The notes: a model not told the origin generated them from the sequence alone. A stretch of DNA of 39,514 bases from a bacterium (GCA_027062325.1 JAMOTN010000035.1:1-39514); one strand, 5' to 3'; positions 9,010 to 19,329 are shown, counted from the stretch's first letter. Numbers and translations: made by a program.

Positions 9010-9829
9010 CTTTTAGGGAAATGAAGGTGGCTACTACAACTCCAATCCAAAATATCTTTGAGTATAGGAAAGAGAGAGCAAGAAGTAGATAAATAGTGGG
9101 AATTTTTAAAGAGGAGAGACCAACCCCTAGAGATAAGGTAAGAAAGCTTGTAAGCAGCAAGTATGGAAAATTTTTAGCCTGGATTGTTCCTATCAATCCT
9201 AAAGTGATCGTGATAATTACGACTGTATAAATTTTTTTCTCAGAAGAGTAGATTAGTTTCAAATTAGTTTTGAAAAGCTGAAATTTTTTCAGCCATCGGT
9301 ATGCTAATTTTATCAATATGTGGAATACTGGGATCATGACCGCTACTAATAATGCGCCAACTGGTGGAGTAGGGAATATGGAGTTGTCACTGCTTATAGA
9401 GAATAGGAGTTTTAATCCTTTGGTATCGGCAGCAATCAAGGATGATAGTGAAATTCCAATTAGTGTCATAATACTTTCAATCAAACAGAAGAGTTCAACA
9501 GAAATGCGTCCAGATAGAGCTAATGTAGTTATTGCAGCGGTTGGATAAAAGAATACGATGGCTCCTAAAAAGGATACCAGACCGCATGTTATTAAAATTG
9601 TTAAAGATGATATTATACTTGCAGTAAGGGCAGTTTTAAATCCATACAGTTGCCCAAGTAGCACTATTGGTAATGGAACAAGAATATAGAAGAGAAACTC
9701 AAGTGCTACTCCAATTGGGGTGTACCAGTAAACTATGTAAAATGCTACACTTAGAGCAGCAGCAGTTGAGGCAACAGCATTTTTATAATTTATGTTTCTC
9801 TTAATATTGGCTGTATGTTTTTTGTTCAT
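8993..9829 (-). CDS. DUF2232/YybS-like polytopic membrane protein
   Basis: Multiple TM helices. LVPLPIVLLGQLYGFKTAL resembles the DUF2232 N-terminal pattern. GAGGA RBS. Confidence 0.6.
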   Translation of the reverse strand: MNKKHTANIKRNINYKNAVASTAAALSVAFYIVYWYTPIGVALEFLFYILVPLPIVLLGQLYGFKTALTASIISSLTILITCGLVSFLGAIVFFYPTAAITTLALSGRISVELFCLIESIMTLIGISLSSLIAADTKGLKLLFSISSDNSIFPTPPVGALLVAVMIPVFHILIKLAYRWLKKFQLFKTNLKLIYSSEKKIYTVVIITITLGLIGTIQAKNFPYLLLTSFLTLSLGVGLSSLKIPTIYLLLALSFLYSKIFWIGVVVATFISLKATLST

Positions 9830-9848
9830 GGCTTCCTCTTTCTTAAAT

Positions 9849-10640
9849 TTATTGCAATTTTATGTATTCTGCATTTACTATGCCGATTTCTATAGGTTCT
9901 GGAGAGCCTTTAACATCCACTACTTCGTGCTGGACGGGCAATGTTTTTAGAAATTGAGAATCTCGCAGTAATTTGTATGGAAAGGCAATCTCCCAGCTTC
10001 TAGCGACACTTTCTAAACGGGCTGCAATGTTCACGGTATGACCAATGGCGGTAAAGTCAAGCATTGTATTTGAACCTGCGAAGCCAATTAAAGCTTTACC
10101 AATATTCAAACCTGCGCCACAGCTTAAGTTTTCAGCCTCAAATTTGTTTTTTATTTTATGAAATAAAGTGATTATTGCTTTTATAAATACGCCTGTAGGA
10201 TCTTGATAGTTCTCTGGGTTTGTCCATATAGCCATTGCACAGTCTCCAATGTATTTGTCTATCTGTCCACCGTAAAATAGGATTGTCTCTTCAGATTCTG
10301 AGGCAAAGTCTTGCAAGATTTGGAACACTTTTTGAGGGGAAGTTTTATTGGCATATCTTGTAAAACCTCTGATATCTATGAAGGCTACCCCAATCTCTTT
10401 TATACAAGGCTCTGGCAAACTTTTTTCCTTCAATATGGATTCCAGAACTTCAGGCTCCACAAATTTTCCTATTAATTCGTAGAGAAATGAGGTGACGTTG
10501 AGAAGGTTTTTGAAAGATTTTTCGGTATTTGAAGTGTCTAAAATTAAGTCTGCCTCTTCTTTTGAATTTACCACTGCAAAGTTTTTTGGAATCATAGATA
10601 ACATTTTAGGATTTAAAGGTCCATCAAAGAAAATTTTCAT
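9849..10640 (-). CDS. Class III adenylate/guanylate cyclase (adenylate-type specificity residues)
   Basis: FIDIRGFT, IDKYIGDCAMA, GAGLNIG and DFTAIGHTVNIAARLES. Metal-binding Asps and the N/R transition-state pair are intact. Confidence 0.9.
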   Translation of the reverse strand: MKIFFDGPLNPKMLSMIPKNFAVVNSKEEADLILDTSNTEKSFKNLLNVTSFLYELIGKFVEPEVLESILKEKSLPEPCIKEIGVAFIDIRGFTRYANKTSPQKVFQILQDFASESEETILFYGGQIDKYIGDCAMAIWTNPENYQDPTGVFIKAIITLFHKIKNKFEAENLSCGAGLNIGKALIGFAGSNTMLDFTAIGHTVNIAARLESVARSWEIAFPYKLLRDSQFLKTLPVQHEVVDVKGSPEPIEIGIVNAEYIKLQ

Positions 10641-10642
10641 AT

Positions 10643-12922
10643 TTATTCACTCCTGTTATTTAGACTGTTTTGAATTGATTTTTCCTTGTTTTCGATGTTT
10701 TCTAGTTCTTTTGAAAAAAGATAACTCTTTGCATCAACTATGTCGCGTTCTACAAGGGCTTTAGCACTCCTAAGTTTGTCCAACACTATTCCTTCTGATG
10801 CATCTATGAGCTGCCTTAGCATTTCAGAAGTTTGCTGAAAAGCACGTAATAAATCGCCAGCACTTATACTGGTTACCTCTTCAAGTTTGGCAAATTCTTC
10901 TCCACTTGCCCATAAGTAAGCGGGAGTTGCTATGTCCAGAACTAGTTCTTTTAAAGAAGTAGTTCCCGTTATTTCAAATTCAAAAGTTTGCAGCTTCTCC
11001 AAAATTTTTCTGTACTTTAGGAGTTTGCGTTTTATAGCTTTGGGAATGCGCTTAGATTTGTCTCCTTTTCGCTCTTCGTATACAAGACATGCTATGAGAG
11101 TGACTATCTCCTCTTCTGAAAGTTCAACAAAAGCTCCTTCAAAGAAAAGTTCAGCTAGTTCTAATTCATAGCCAAAAAGTTTTCTTGCAAATTCACCTCT
11201 AGTTGTTAAATTTTCAGCAGATAGGTATCCTAAAGATTCTAAAAATACTAAACGAGCTTCCACCAGATTAAGAGTTCTTCCTTCAGCGTCGGCTATTCTG
11301 TTTTCTAATTCTTTTAGCTTTGTATAAACGCGTCTTTTTTTAGAATAATTGTGTTTACATTTTGAAAGATGAGGACATTTATAACATTCAAACTTCTTAA
11401 GAGCTTCGTTAAAGCGCCGTATTTTCTTTTTGGAAAACCACTTGAATAGGCGTGTTTTTTGAAAATTTAAAAAGTCTACGATTAATGTTGGTTTTCCACA
11501 GGGGACTTCGCCTACCTTTTTCTGGAGTTTGGTGAGTTGTTTTTCAACATCCCAAATGGCAAAGCTTTTGCGAGAGAAAGTGAATAACCCTTCCCGTCCG
11601 TTGGTTGCTACTAGGTTTAATATGCTGGAGTATGAAAGATCGAATTGACTGCGTAAGGGTTCAGGATCTGAGAATATAATTCGGCGAAGTGCATAGGGGT
11701 CATCTATGTCCAGCATGGTGTAAACCCAACCTTTTTTATCTATACCACGACGTCCGGCACGTCCTGCCATTTGCTGAAATTCCAATGTTCTGAGTTTTCT
11801 GCGCCTTATCCCATCGTACTTAGTGAGTGATTCGAAAGCAACAGTTTTGGCGGGCATGTTGACTCCAACAGCAAATGTTTCTGTAGCAAAGAGAAGTTTT
11901 ATAAGGCCTGCAGAGAAGAGTTTTTCAACGGTAATTTTAAGATGTGGTAGCATGCCTGCATGGTGGAAGGCTATACCTCTTCTCAAAAGAGGAATAAGTG
12001 TGTCTGCCTTTGGTAGATTTTCAAGGTTATATTGGTTAATTAGTTTGGTTAATTCCGCTTCAAGTTTTGCGTGCTCTGCTTCATTTAAAAGATTTAGATT
12101 TTGGTATTTTTTAGCCAGTTTTTCACATAAAAAGCGGGAGAAGGCAAAGAATATAGCAGGGTACTGCTTTTTAGAGAGAATCGTTTCCACAATTGTATTT
12201 AAAGAGGTGTTTTTGAAATTAATAATCCCTCTTTTTTTGAGCTTTAAAAAGGTTCTCTTGAATTTTTCAGGATTTGAAAATAAACGTTCAACGGTCTTTT
12301 CGGCTCTTTCTATTCCTCTGTCAGGTGTCACAAGGTATATTTCCAAGGGAACTGGGCGATGAGTTTCCTTTATTAATACAGTTTTATTATCCCTTACGAA
12401 TTCAAGCCAGTTTTTGAAGTCTGCAGCATTGGATACGGTTGCAGAGAGAGCCAGAAATTTTATGTGAGGTGGAGCAAAGATGATGGACTCTTCCCAGACT
12501 GTTCCGCGTTCTCTATCGTTTATGAAGTGTATTTCGTCAAAGATAAGATGCGAAACTTGATCTAAACGTGGATCTGCGTCGTAGATCATATTCCGAAATA
12601 TTTCAGTTGTCATTACTATTATTGGGGCTTCCTGGTTTATAACAACGTCGCCAGTTATTATTCCCACGTTTTCTGCTCCAAACTCCTCAGTAAAGTTCAT
12701 GAACTTTTGGTTGGTAAGTGCTTTTATAGGGGATGTATAGAAAGTGCGAACTCCTTTTTTAAAATTGTGTTCTATTAAAAACTCGGCTATAAGAGTTTTT
12801 CCAGCTCCAGTAGGAGCGGTTACGAGTACGTTGTAATCGTTAAGAAGTGCTTCTATGGCTTCAATTTGAAACTTGTCTAGGGTAAGTCCTTTGTATATGT
12901 GTGGTGCTTTGGATTCTGACAT
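10643..12922 (-). CDS. Ski2-like/HelY DExH RNA helicase with DSHCT C-terminal domain
   Basis: APTGAGKT, YTSPIKALTNQKF, MTTEIFRNM, DEIH, LSATV, FATETFAVGVNMPA and QMAGRAGRRGID. Confidence 0.93.
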   Translation of the reverse strand: MSESKAPHIYKGLTLDKFQIEAIEALLNDYNVLVTAPTGAGKTLIAEFLIEHNFKKGVRTFYTSPIKALTNQKFMNFTEEFGAENVGIITGDVVINQEAPIIVMTTEIFRNMIYDADPRLDQVSHLIFDEIHFINDRERGTVWEESIIFAPPHIKFLALSATVSNAADFKNWLEFVRDNKTVLIKETHRPVPLEIYLVTPDRGIERAEKTVERLFSNPEKFKRTFLKLKKRGIINFKNTSLNTIVETILSKKQYPAIFFAFSRFLCEKLAKKYQNLNLLNEAEHAKLEAELTKLINQYNLENLPKADTLIPLLRRGIAFHHAGMLPHLKITVEKLFSAGLIKLLFATETFAVGVNMPAKTVAFESLTKYDGIRRRKLRTLEFQQMAGRAGRRGIDKKGWVYTMLDIDDPYALRRIIFSDPEPLRSQFDLSYSSILNLVATNGREGLFTFSRKSFAIWDVEKQLTKLQKKVGEVPCGKPTLIVDFLNFQKTRLFKWFSKKKIRRFNEALKKFECYKCPHLSKCKHNYSKKRRVYTKLKELENRIADAEGRTLNLVEARLVFLESLGYLSAENLTTRGEFARKLFGYELELAELFFEGAFVELSEEEIVTLIACLVYEERKGDKSKRIPKAIKRKLLKYRKILEKLQTFEFEITGTTSLKELVLDIATPAYLWASGEEFAKLEEVTSISAGDLLRAFQQTSEMLRQLIDASEGIVLDKLRSAKALVERDIVDAKSYLFSKELENIENKEKSIQNSLNNRSE

Positions 12923-12967
12923 ATTCGTGCCTCCTTTAAAAGTTAGATTTATTTTAACTAATGAATT

Positions 12968-13591
12968 TTAACTTGTACCAAAAATTCTATCCCCAGCGTC
13001 TCCAAGCCCCGGTATTATGTAACCTTTTGAGTTGAGCTTCTCATCTAAAGAAGCTGCAAATACCGGAATATCAGTGTGGCTTTTGGTAAAATTCTCCACT
13101 CCCTCGGGAGCAGCAATTATGCACAGGAGTTTTATATTCTTGCCCCCGGCTTTCTTTAAGGTGTTCGCGGCTTCGACAGCACTACCGCCGGTTGCAAGCA
13201 TTGGATCAACTATAAAAAACATGTAGTTTTCTGGATTCTTAGGAATTTTAAAGAAGTAACTTACAGGTTTTAGAGTACTTGGGTCTCTATACATTCCTAT
13301 ATGAGCTACTTTGGCGGAAGGAGCGATTTTTAAAAGTGGTTCGACCATTGAGAGACCAGCTCTTAGAATTGGGGCTATGACAAATTTATCGTTTTCTAGA
13401 ATTTCGACTTCTGCTTTGGCAAGGGGAGTTTCTACGGTTGTTTTACAAGTTTTTAAATCTCGAGTGGCTTCGAAGAATAAAAGAGTTGTTATCTCTTCAA
13501 TAAGCTCTCTGAATGTGCGGTGCTCTGTCGATTTGTTCCTTAGAATTGCAAGTTTATGCTTGATAAGTGGATGATCCACTACTGTGAACAT
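12968..13591 (-). CDS. upp: Uracil phosphoribosyltransferase
   Basis: HPLIKHKL, PILRAGL, DPMLATGGS and GYIIPGLGDAGDRIFGT. ATG at 13591 after AAGGAG. Confidence 0.98.
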   Translation of the reverse strand: MFTVVDHPLIKHKLAILRNKSTEHRTFRELIEEITTLLFFEATRDLKTCKTTVETPLAKAEVEILENDKFVIAPILRAGLSMVEPLLKIAPSAKVAHIGMYRDPSTLKPVSYFFKIPKNPENYMFFIVDPMLATGGSAVEAANTLKKAGGKNIKLLCIIAAPEGVENFTKSHTDIPVFAASLDEKLNSKGYIIPGLGDAGDRIFGTS

Positions 13592-13606
13592 GCTATTCAA
13601 CTCCTT

Positions 13607-14152
13607 TTATTGATCTTGAATTGAATCTCTTTTGTTAAATTCGTACTCTAAGATTTTCCCAATCCGCCTCGCGTGTCTGCCACCTTCAAACTTTTCTTCT
13701 ATGAAGGCTCTTACTATGTCAAGAGCAACCTCTCTCCCAGTTGTTCTACCTCCAAGAACAAGTATGTTTGCATTGTTATGAGCACGCGCTAGACGGGCAT
13801 GAGTTGAGGTAAAGCAGAGTGCAGCCCTAATGCCTTTGACCTTATTTGCGGCAATTGAGATTCCTATACCTGTACCGCACAGCAATACTCCAAATAGAAA
13901 TTCTCCTCTGGAAACGGCCTCTGCGAGTTTAAAAGCTACATCCGGATAATCTGTAGAAACTTCTGGGTCTCCTCCAAAGTCTGTGACTTCAAAACCTTGA
14001 AGTTGCAAGAATTTTTTTACCTCTTCCTTGAGATAAGCTCCGCCGTGATCAGAACCTATTGCAACCTTTCTGAAAGATGCAGACATGTAGTCCTCTGTTT
14101 GAGTTAAAGCTGTAGTGTCCATTTTAACATCTGTTGAAATCTTCTCAGGCAT
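13607..14152 (-). CDS. rpiB: Ribose-5-phosphate isomerase B
   Basis: IGSDHGG, DYPD, CGTGIGISIAANKVKGIRAA, HNNANIL and FEGGRHARR. ATG at 14152 after GGAGG gives a ~25-aa N-terminal extension. Confidence 0.96.
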   Translation of the reverse strand: MPEKISTDVKMDTTALTQTEDYMSASFRKVAIGSDHGGAYLKEEVKKFLQLQGFEVTDFGGDPEVSTDYPDVAFKLAEAVSRGEFLFGVLLCGTGIGISIAANKVKGIRAALCFTSTHARLARAHNNANILVLGGRTTGREVALDIVRAFIEEKFEGGRHARRIGKILEYEFNKRDSIQDQ

Positions 14153-14234
14153 GTTTGACCCTCCTTTGATGGTTAACAGTTTTTTCACTACAAATAATTT
14201 TAATAAATTGCCAGAGTTGATGCTTAAGTGTTTA

Positions 14235-15440
14235 TTAATTTCTTAACTTCGATTTGCATGAGGGATTTAGATTCATAGAGAATATTGAAAACATGCCAAC
14301 GAAAGCAACTAGTGGCACTATCTTTATTAATAGGGATTTTAAAAGAGTTAGAGAAAAGCTTGCACTTGTGTGTTGTAAAGCTTCTGTCATGGATATTACA
14401 CGTGCTCTCATAACATTAGTTGTGCTGCGTTGAATGACTGTCCAGAAGGAGATGTACATGGCGCTTGCAAGTATTGTGGATGTGTAAAAGAACATCAGCG
14501 ATTCGAATTTTAAATTTGAAAGGTAACATATTAAGAATGAGCTCCAGAGTAGAAAATTCCATACGCCAAGTTTTTCTAGAAAATTGACCATTCTTTTGTG
14601 AGTTGAGGAAAATTCAACTACGTTTGCTCCTATAAGCCAGGCAAAAATTAAAGCCGAATAAAGTATTCCATAAGGAAGATTGAATTTTTTAGAAATTAGT
14701 GTCAGAAGAAACGATAAATTCTGGGTGTTAATGCTGAAGGGGATATAAGCTGCCAGCACTACTCTAAGCTGAGGGGATTTAGAGATGTATTTTAGACCAG
14801 TGAAGATAGATTGGAAGAATCCTTCATGACGATGTGACGAGGCCTGTTTTTTGGTGCGTTTGTGCTCGGTTTTTATGAGAGTCCATGATATGCAAGAGAT
14901 TACTATTAAGACGGCATTTATTGGGAGAGCAAAACTGTGTGTAAGTTGTGCAAAAATTGGTCCAATTAACTCTGGGATTGTATAACTCCATACAACAAGT
15001 GAGCTTAGCGCGGGCAGTTTTCCTTTCATTCCGGATATCTCTGGGATTATCGCTTCTGTTGATATGTCAAAAAATGGTCCCAGAATTTCTAACAGAATTC
15101 CTGCAAGCATTATGGGAGTCAAGTTTATAAAAATTGCTGTTTGAGGTAGAAAAGATAATAAAAGTATTACCACGGATAGAAAGGCGGTAGTAATTGTACC
15201 AACACGTCGTGGGCGGAGTAGATCTACCGTCACTCCAACTGTGAGATTGAGTAAAGCAATAGATACGGATCTGATTAGGAAAACTGCAATTGTAGATTGC
15301 TTTTCTATTGCTTCTAAGACCCCAGATGTCCACCCGTAAGATTGAGCTAATGAGAAGAAAAACTGTGCTATGAGTAAGAGAATAACGTTTTTATCTTTTA
15401 AAAGACTTTTTATTATAGACAATTTATCTTTTAACTTCAC
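14235..15440 (-). CDS. MFS transporter (DHA3/MFS_3-like)
   Basis: About 11-12 hydrophobic segments, motif A-like GVTVDLLRPRR, central hydrophilic loop ...GLKYISKSPQLR, and IQRSTTNVMRARV. Confidence 0.8.
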   Translation of the reverse strand: MKLKDKLSIIKSLLKDKNVILLLIAQFFFSLAQSYGWTSGVLEAIEKQSTIAVFLIRSVSIALLNLTVGVTVDLLRPRRVGTITTAFLSVVILLLSFLPQTAIFINLTPIMLAGILLEILGPFFDISTEAIIPEISGMKGKLPALSSLVVWSYTIPELIGPIFAQLTHSFALPINAVLIVISCISWTLIKTEHKRTKKQASSHRHEGFFQSIFTGLKYISKSPQLRVVLAAYIPFSINTQNLSFLLTLISKKFNLPYGILYSALIFAWLIGANVVEFSSTHKRMVNFLEKLGVWNFLLWSSFLICYLSNLKFESLMFFYTSTILASAMYISFWTVIQRSTTNVMRARVISMTEALQHTSASFSLTLLKSLLIKIVPLVAFVGMFSIFSMNLNPSCKSKLRN

Positions 15441-15465
15441 GAAATGGGCCTCCTAAAGCCAAATT

Positions 15466-17019
15466 TTATAAAACTTTCTCAGCTAAATCTTCTGATACTG
15501 TGAGAGTGCGTTCTGCATCATAGATGTAGAGTGCTTTGTAACCGGAGGCGGCTCTTACGTTTTTAACTGTTGCCATATCAACTTTAACTTTTCCAGAGCG
15601 CTTACTGAACTTTGCGGCAATTGAGGCGGCGATTAAGATTTCCTCCTCTGTGACGTTTGAAAGGGATGTTTTAGGTTGGAGAACCACGTGAGATCCTGCT
15701 GCGTCTCGTACGTGGAACCACAGCCAGTTTTTTTTGGCAAACTGCATCACTCTTTTGTTTTGCTCAGCGTTTTTGCCGAAGTGTATGAAACAGTTGGAAA
15801 GTTCTATTGTATTAAATTGTCGCTTGCGTTTAAATGAGCTAGTGCGCTTTGGTATGCGGTTGCTTTCGGGAGTTTCGGAGAAGAAAAATTGAATGGATTT
15901 TAAATTCAAGTTGGAAAGTTTGTTTTCAAGTTGAGAAAATTTTGTTTGATTTTCTTCGAGCATTTTTTGGAGTGCTTGAAGCTTTTTGTTTGCGTTGGCT
16001 GCATTTTTTATAAGCTGCTGCGTAGTGGTACTTATTTGAGAAGGGGCTTTTCCCTCAAATTTTTTAGCTATTTTTTCTAAGAGTTTTTTTGGTATTGATA
16101 TTCCTAGTTCTTTTGATGATGAATTTAGCAATTCCGATATTATTTCCTTTGGTGAATGGGCAATTTTTTGTAAGTTTGGGAATACAAGAGCGGCAAGCAA
16201 GTTGATAAAATTTTCAGTTTGTCTTGTATGTTCAATTGCTTTTTTGATCTCAGCAATTCTTTTCTTTAGAGTTTCTATGTTTTTGAGAATGTGTTTTCTC
16301 ATTTGATTCAGTATGTTTTTTTTCTTTTGATATAGCCAACATATATATGAGCAAGTTTCAGTGTTTTTGTAAGGTATAGTAATTGAAGCATCAAGATTTA
16401 TTTTAAAAAAAGCGGGATAGTAGTCGACTTTTAACTCGTTATCTAATTTAACAAATAGGAATGATTGGGAAGAAGGTGATACTTTATGCCATAATTTTTC
16501 GAATTCATCGATTGGAATAATTCGTTTAGTAGAATTAAATGTTGCTTCTAACTTTTTGACAACTTCATTTTTATTGATCAACTTTTTAGATATAAGCTTT
16601 GATATATTCTCGGATGGTGGCTTGAGGCGGTATTTTGCATTGGTTGTAAATATGAGATCATCTCCCTTTGTTATCTCAACAAGGTTTACTCGACCAGTAA
16701 ATTGAATAGTGATTTTGATGTTGTTTTTTATCAGTTTACCTCTTCCTAATATTAACTCTATGCGTTTGTCAGGGAATACGACTAAACATTCTTCAACTAC
16801 GTAATTTTTGACAAACGACAACTTTTTTAAGAGAGGGGCAGCCTGACTGTAAGAGATAAACATTCCATAGGGGGAAGAAAGAGAAAAAGTGAAAAATTCC
16901 CCGGATGTTTCAAGTTGAAAGACACCAACACCTGCATATAAAGCGGAAATTTTTTTCCCTTTAAGCTTTGGCATAATGTCCGTTGCTAAAGAATAAAAGC
17001 ATACTATGTCAAGGGGCAA
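15466..17019 (-). CDS. Divergent NFACT/RqcH (FbpA)-like protein with C-terminal NFACT-R (DUF814) domain
   Basis: N-terminal MPLD...LKGKKI, a coiled-coil middle, and C-terminal GKNAEQN...WFHVRDAAGSHVV...AASIAAKFSK. Confidence 0.8.
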   Translation of the reverse strand: MPLDIVCFYSLATDIMPKLKGKKISALYAGVGVFQLETSGEFFTFSLSSPYGMFISYSQAAPLLKKLSFVKNYVVEECLVVFPDKRIELILGRGKLIKNNIKITIQFTGRVNLVEITKGDDLIFTTNAKYRLKPPSENISKLISKKLINKNEVVKKLEATFNSTKRIIPIDEFEKLWHKVSPSSQSFLFVKLDNELKVDYYPAFFKINLDASITIPYKNTETCSYICWLYQKKKNILNQMRKHILKNIETLKKRIAEIKKAIEHTRQTENFINLLAALVFPNLQKIAHSPKEIISELLNSSSKELGISIPKKLLEKIAKKFEGKAPSQISTTTQQLIKNAANANKKLQALQKMLEENQTKFSQLENKLSNLNLKSIQFFFSETPESNRIPKRTSSFKRKRQFNTIELSNCFIHFGKNAEQNKRVMQFAKKNWLWFHVRDAAGSHVVLQPKTSLSNVTEEEILIAASIAAKFSKRSGKVKVDMATVKNVRAASGYKALYIYDAERTLTVSEDLAEKVL

Positions 17020-18797
17020 GAGCGTATCCTCTCCTCAATGGATTTATTCTTATGGTTAATAAATTCTGTTATTTTATCAACCACTTCTTCGGGAGATATT
17101 TTGAGGCGTTCACCTGTTTCGCGAACTTTTAATTCCACTTTTCCTTCTTTTACAAAACTTCTACCCACTACGACTTGATAGGCTACTCCCATTAAATCAG
17201 CGTCTGCAAACTTTACGCCAGGTGATTCATCTCTGTCGTCGAGTAGAACGTCCTCTGCCAGTATAGCTGGATTAAATAATTTAGCCTTTAAGTTTTGATA
17301 CAGGTTGAGAGCGACAGCAGAGGATTCATTATTTGCTTTTAAATCTATCACTCCAACTGTAAAGGGAGAGACAGTGTGAGGAAATATGCAGCCGAACTTA
17401 TCTGCTTTTTGCTCTATTATTGAAGCTACGGTTCGGGCAACCCCTATACCATAGCACCCCATAATTATTGGTTTTTCTTTTCCGTCCTTATCTACAAAGG
17501 TTGCTCCTAATTTTTCCGAATACTTAATACCCAATTTGAATATGTGTCCAACCTCTATGCCTCGACTTTCATTCAAAGCCTCTCCGCACTTTGGACATAC
17601 ATCTCCTGCTTTGGCTTCTGCAAAGTCACCCCAATGGTAATTATCGCCTTTGAGATCTCCAGCTTTTATTCCTGTTATGTGATAACCTTCTTTATTAGCA
17701 CCCACAATAAAGTAATCTATAAATTTGAGAGAATTGTCGAGCAAAATCATTCCATCGAATCCCAGCGGACCTATATTTCCAAACGGTAAATCTTCGCCAG
17801 TGTACATCTTTAGTCCCATCACAGTTTCGTCTTTAAGCTTTGATAAGAAATTCTGAACTTTTATCTCGTTTACCTCTCTGTCTCCTCGCACAACACACAT
17901 AACATTTTCATCGTAAAATTCGCCGTTTTTAGATTTGAAAGTAACGGTAAATACCACTGATTTTGCAATTTCTGATGGATCGGTTTCGAGTTTTTTAGCA
18001 ACTTCCTCAACGGTTTTGGCTTCACCTGTGTTTATTTCTTTTTTCTCAGTGTACTTTGCTTTTTTAAACTTGAATTCTTTAAGTTCTGCCCTCTCTGTGT
18101 TTGCAGCCCAACCGCATCTCGGGCAGTAAACTATTTTACTTTCACCTGTGTTTGCCAAAACTATGAATTCGTGAGAGTCAGCTCCTCCAATTGCTCCGGT
18201 ATCTGCCTCAACAACTTTGAAGTCTAGGTCGCATCGAGAGAATATGCGCCAATAAGCTTTGTACATGGAATCGTATGCTTCATTCAATTCATCTTGAGAC
18301 TTTCCAAAGCTATATGCATCTTTCATTATGAACTCACGAGATCTCATTACACCAAATCTTGGTCTTATTTCATCTCTGAACTTGACTTGAATTTGATAAA
18401 GAGTGAATGGAAGGTCACGCCAACTCTTCACTTCTTGGGCAGCAAGCCACGTTACAACTTCTTCATGAGTTGGTCCAAAACAGCACTCGCGGCCATTTCT
18501 GTCTGTGAATTTGAGCATCTCATTGCCATATATGTCCCATCTTCCAGTTTGCCGCCAAAGAGTAGCGGGATGGACTGCTGGCATGTATATTTCGAAAGCT
18601 CCAGCTTTATTCATTTCTTCACGAATAATTGCTTCTAGCTTCTTGAAAATTCTCCAACCTACAGGTAAAAATAGGTATATTCCGCTTGATAGTTTTTTTA
18701 TCATATTTGCTCTCAACATCAACTTATGGCTAATAACTTCTGCTTCTGCTGGATCTTCGCGCTTTGTGAAGAGAAAATAATTCGATAATTTAACCAT
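17004..18797 (-). CDS. proS: Proline--tRNA ligase (bacterial type, with insertion editing domain)
   Basis: SHKLMLRA, GPTHEE, KFRDEIRPRFGVMRSREF, GIEVGHIFKLG, MGCYGIGVAR and LDDRDESPGVKFADADLMG. Confidence 0.98.
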   Translation of the reverse strand: MVKLSNYFLFTKREDPAEAEVISHKLMLRANMIKKLSSGIYLFLPVGWRIFKKLEAIIREEMNKAGAFEIYMPAVHPATLWRQTGRWDIYGNEMLKFTDRNGRECCFGPTHEEVVTWLAAQEVKSWRDLPFTLYQIQVKFRDEIRPRFGVMRSREFIMKDAYSFGKSQDELNEAYDSMYKAYWRIFSRCDLDFKVVEADTGAIGGADSHEFIVLANTGESKIVYCPRCGWAANTERAELKEFKFKKAKYTEKKEINTGEAKTVEEVAKKLETDPSEIAKSVVFTVTFKSKNGEFYDENVMCVVRGDREVNEIKVQNFLSKLKDETVMGLKMYTGEDLPFGNIGPLGFDGMILLDNSLKFIDYFIVGANKEGYHITGIKAGDLKGDNYHWGDFAEAKAGDVCPKCGEALNESRGIEVGHIFKLGIKYSEKLGATFVDKDGKEKPIIMGCYGIGVARTVASIIEQKADKFGCIFPHTVSPFTVGVIDLKANNESSAVALNLYQNLKAKLFNPAILAEDVLLDDRDESPGVKFADADLMGVAYQVVVGRSFVKEGKVELKVRETGERLKISPEEVVDKITEFINHKNKSIEERIRSCPLT

Positions 18798-19329
18798 GGT
18801 GCCATATCACACTCCTTGCATGGGTTTTGGCAAGTTCAAATAAGAGTCTATCGACTTCTGATACGATTAAAGCTTCTTCAGTTATTCTCTTACCTTCATA
18901 CTCGGATGCGTGTGCGAGTACAATGTGTACGACTTGAGGGGGAAGTTTATGTTCCAGAGCTAAATGGGCTCCCAATACGTTGTAGGGCACAAATATTGCT
19001 AATTCCTTGCGCTTAAAGTGTCCATTTTCGTCTTCAGTGATGGTTAAAATTTTACCTACGTCATGAAGAATAGCACCTGCAACCAAGAAATTTCTATTGA
19101 TGGAAAAATTTTTCATCTCGTTTGCAATTGCGAGCGCAAGATGAACGACTCTTTCAATATGGTCTAGAAACGATGAGTTACAGTTTGCAATCAAAAGGGT
19201 AAAAGGCATCTTTTCTAGGAGTTTCCAGCTTTGATTTGCTTCTTTTAGTGCTGTCTCGTAGCATTGTAAAGTTTTGTGACGCAAAGAGTCATCTGTGATT
19301 AGTTTCAAGAGTTCATGAAATCTTTCCAT
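18790..19329 (-). CDS. HD domain phosphohydrolase
   Basis: DH...GAILHDVGK...HIVLAH...EALIV..D. Overlaps the proS start by 8 nt. Confidence 0.85.
   Translation of the reverse strand: MERFHELLKLITDDSLRHKTLQCYETALKEANQSWKLLEKMPFTLLIANCNSSFLDHIERVVHLALAIANEMKNFSINRNFLVAGAILHDVGKILTITEDENGHFKRKELAIFVPYNVLGAHLALEHKLPPQVVHIVLAHASEYEGKRITEEALIVSEVDRLLFELAKTHARSVIWHHG

Noticed and set aside
10932-12362. Plus-strand ORFs inside the helicase gene, including one of 179 aa
   Set aside because: Antisense shadows with no motifs.
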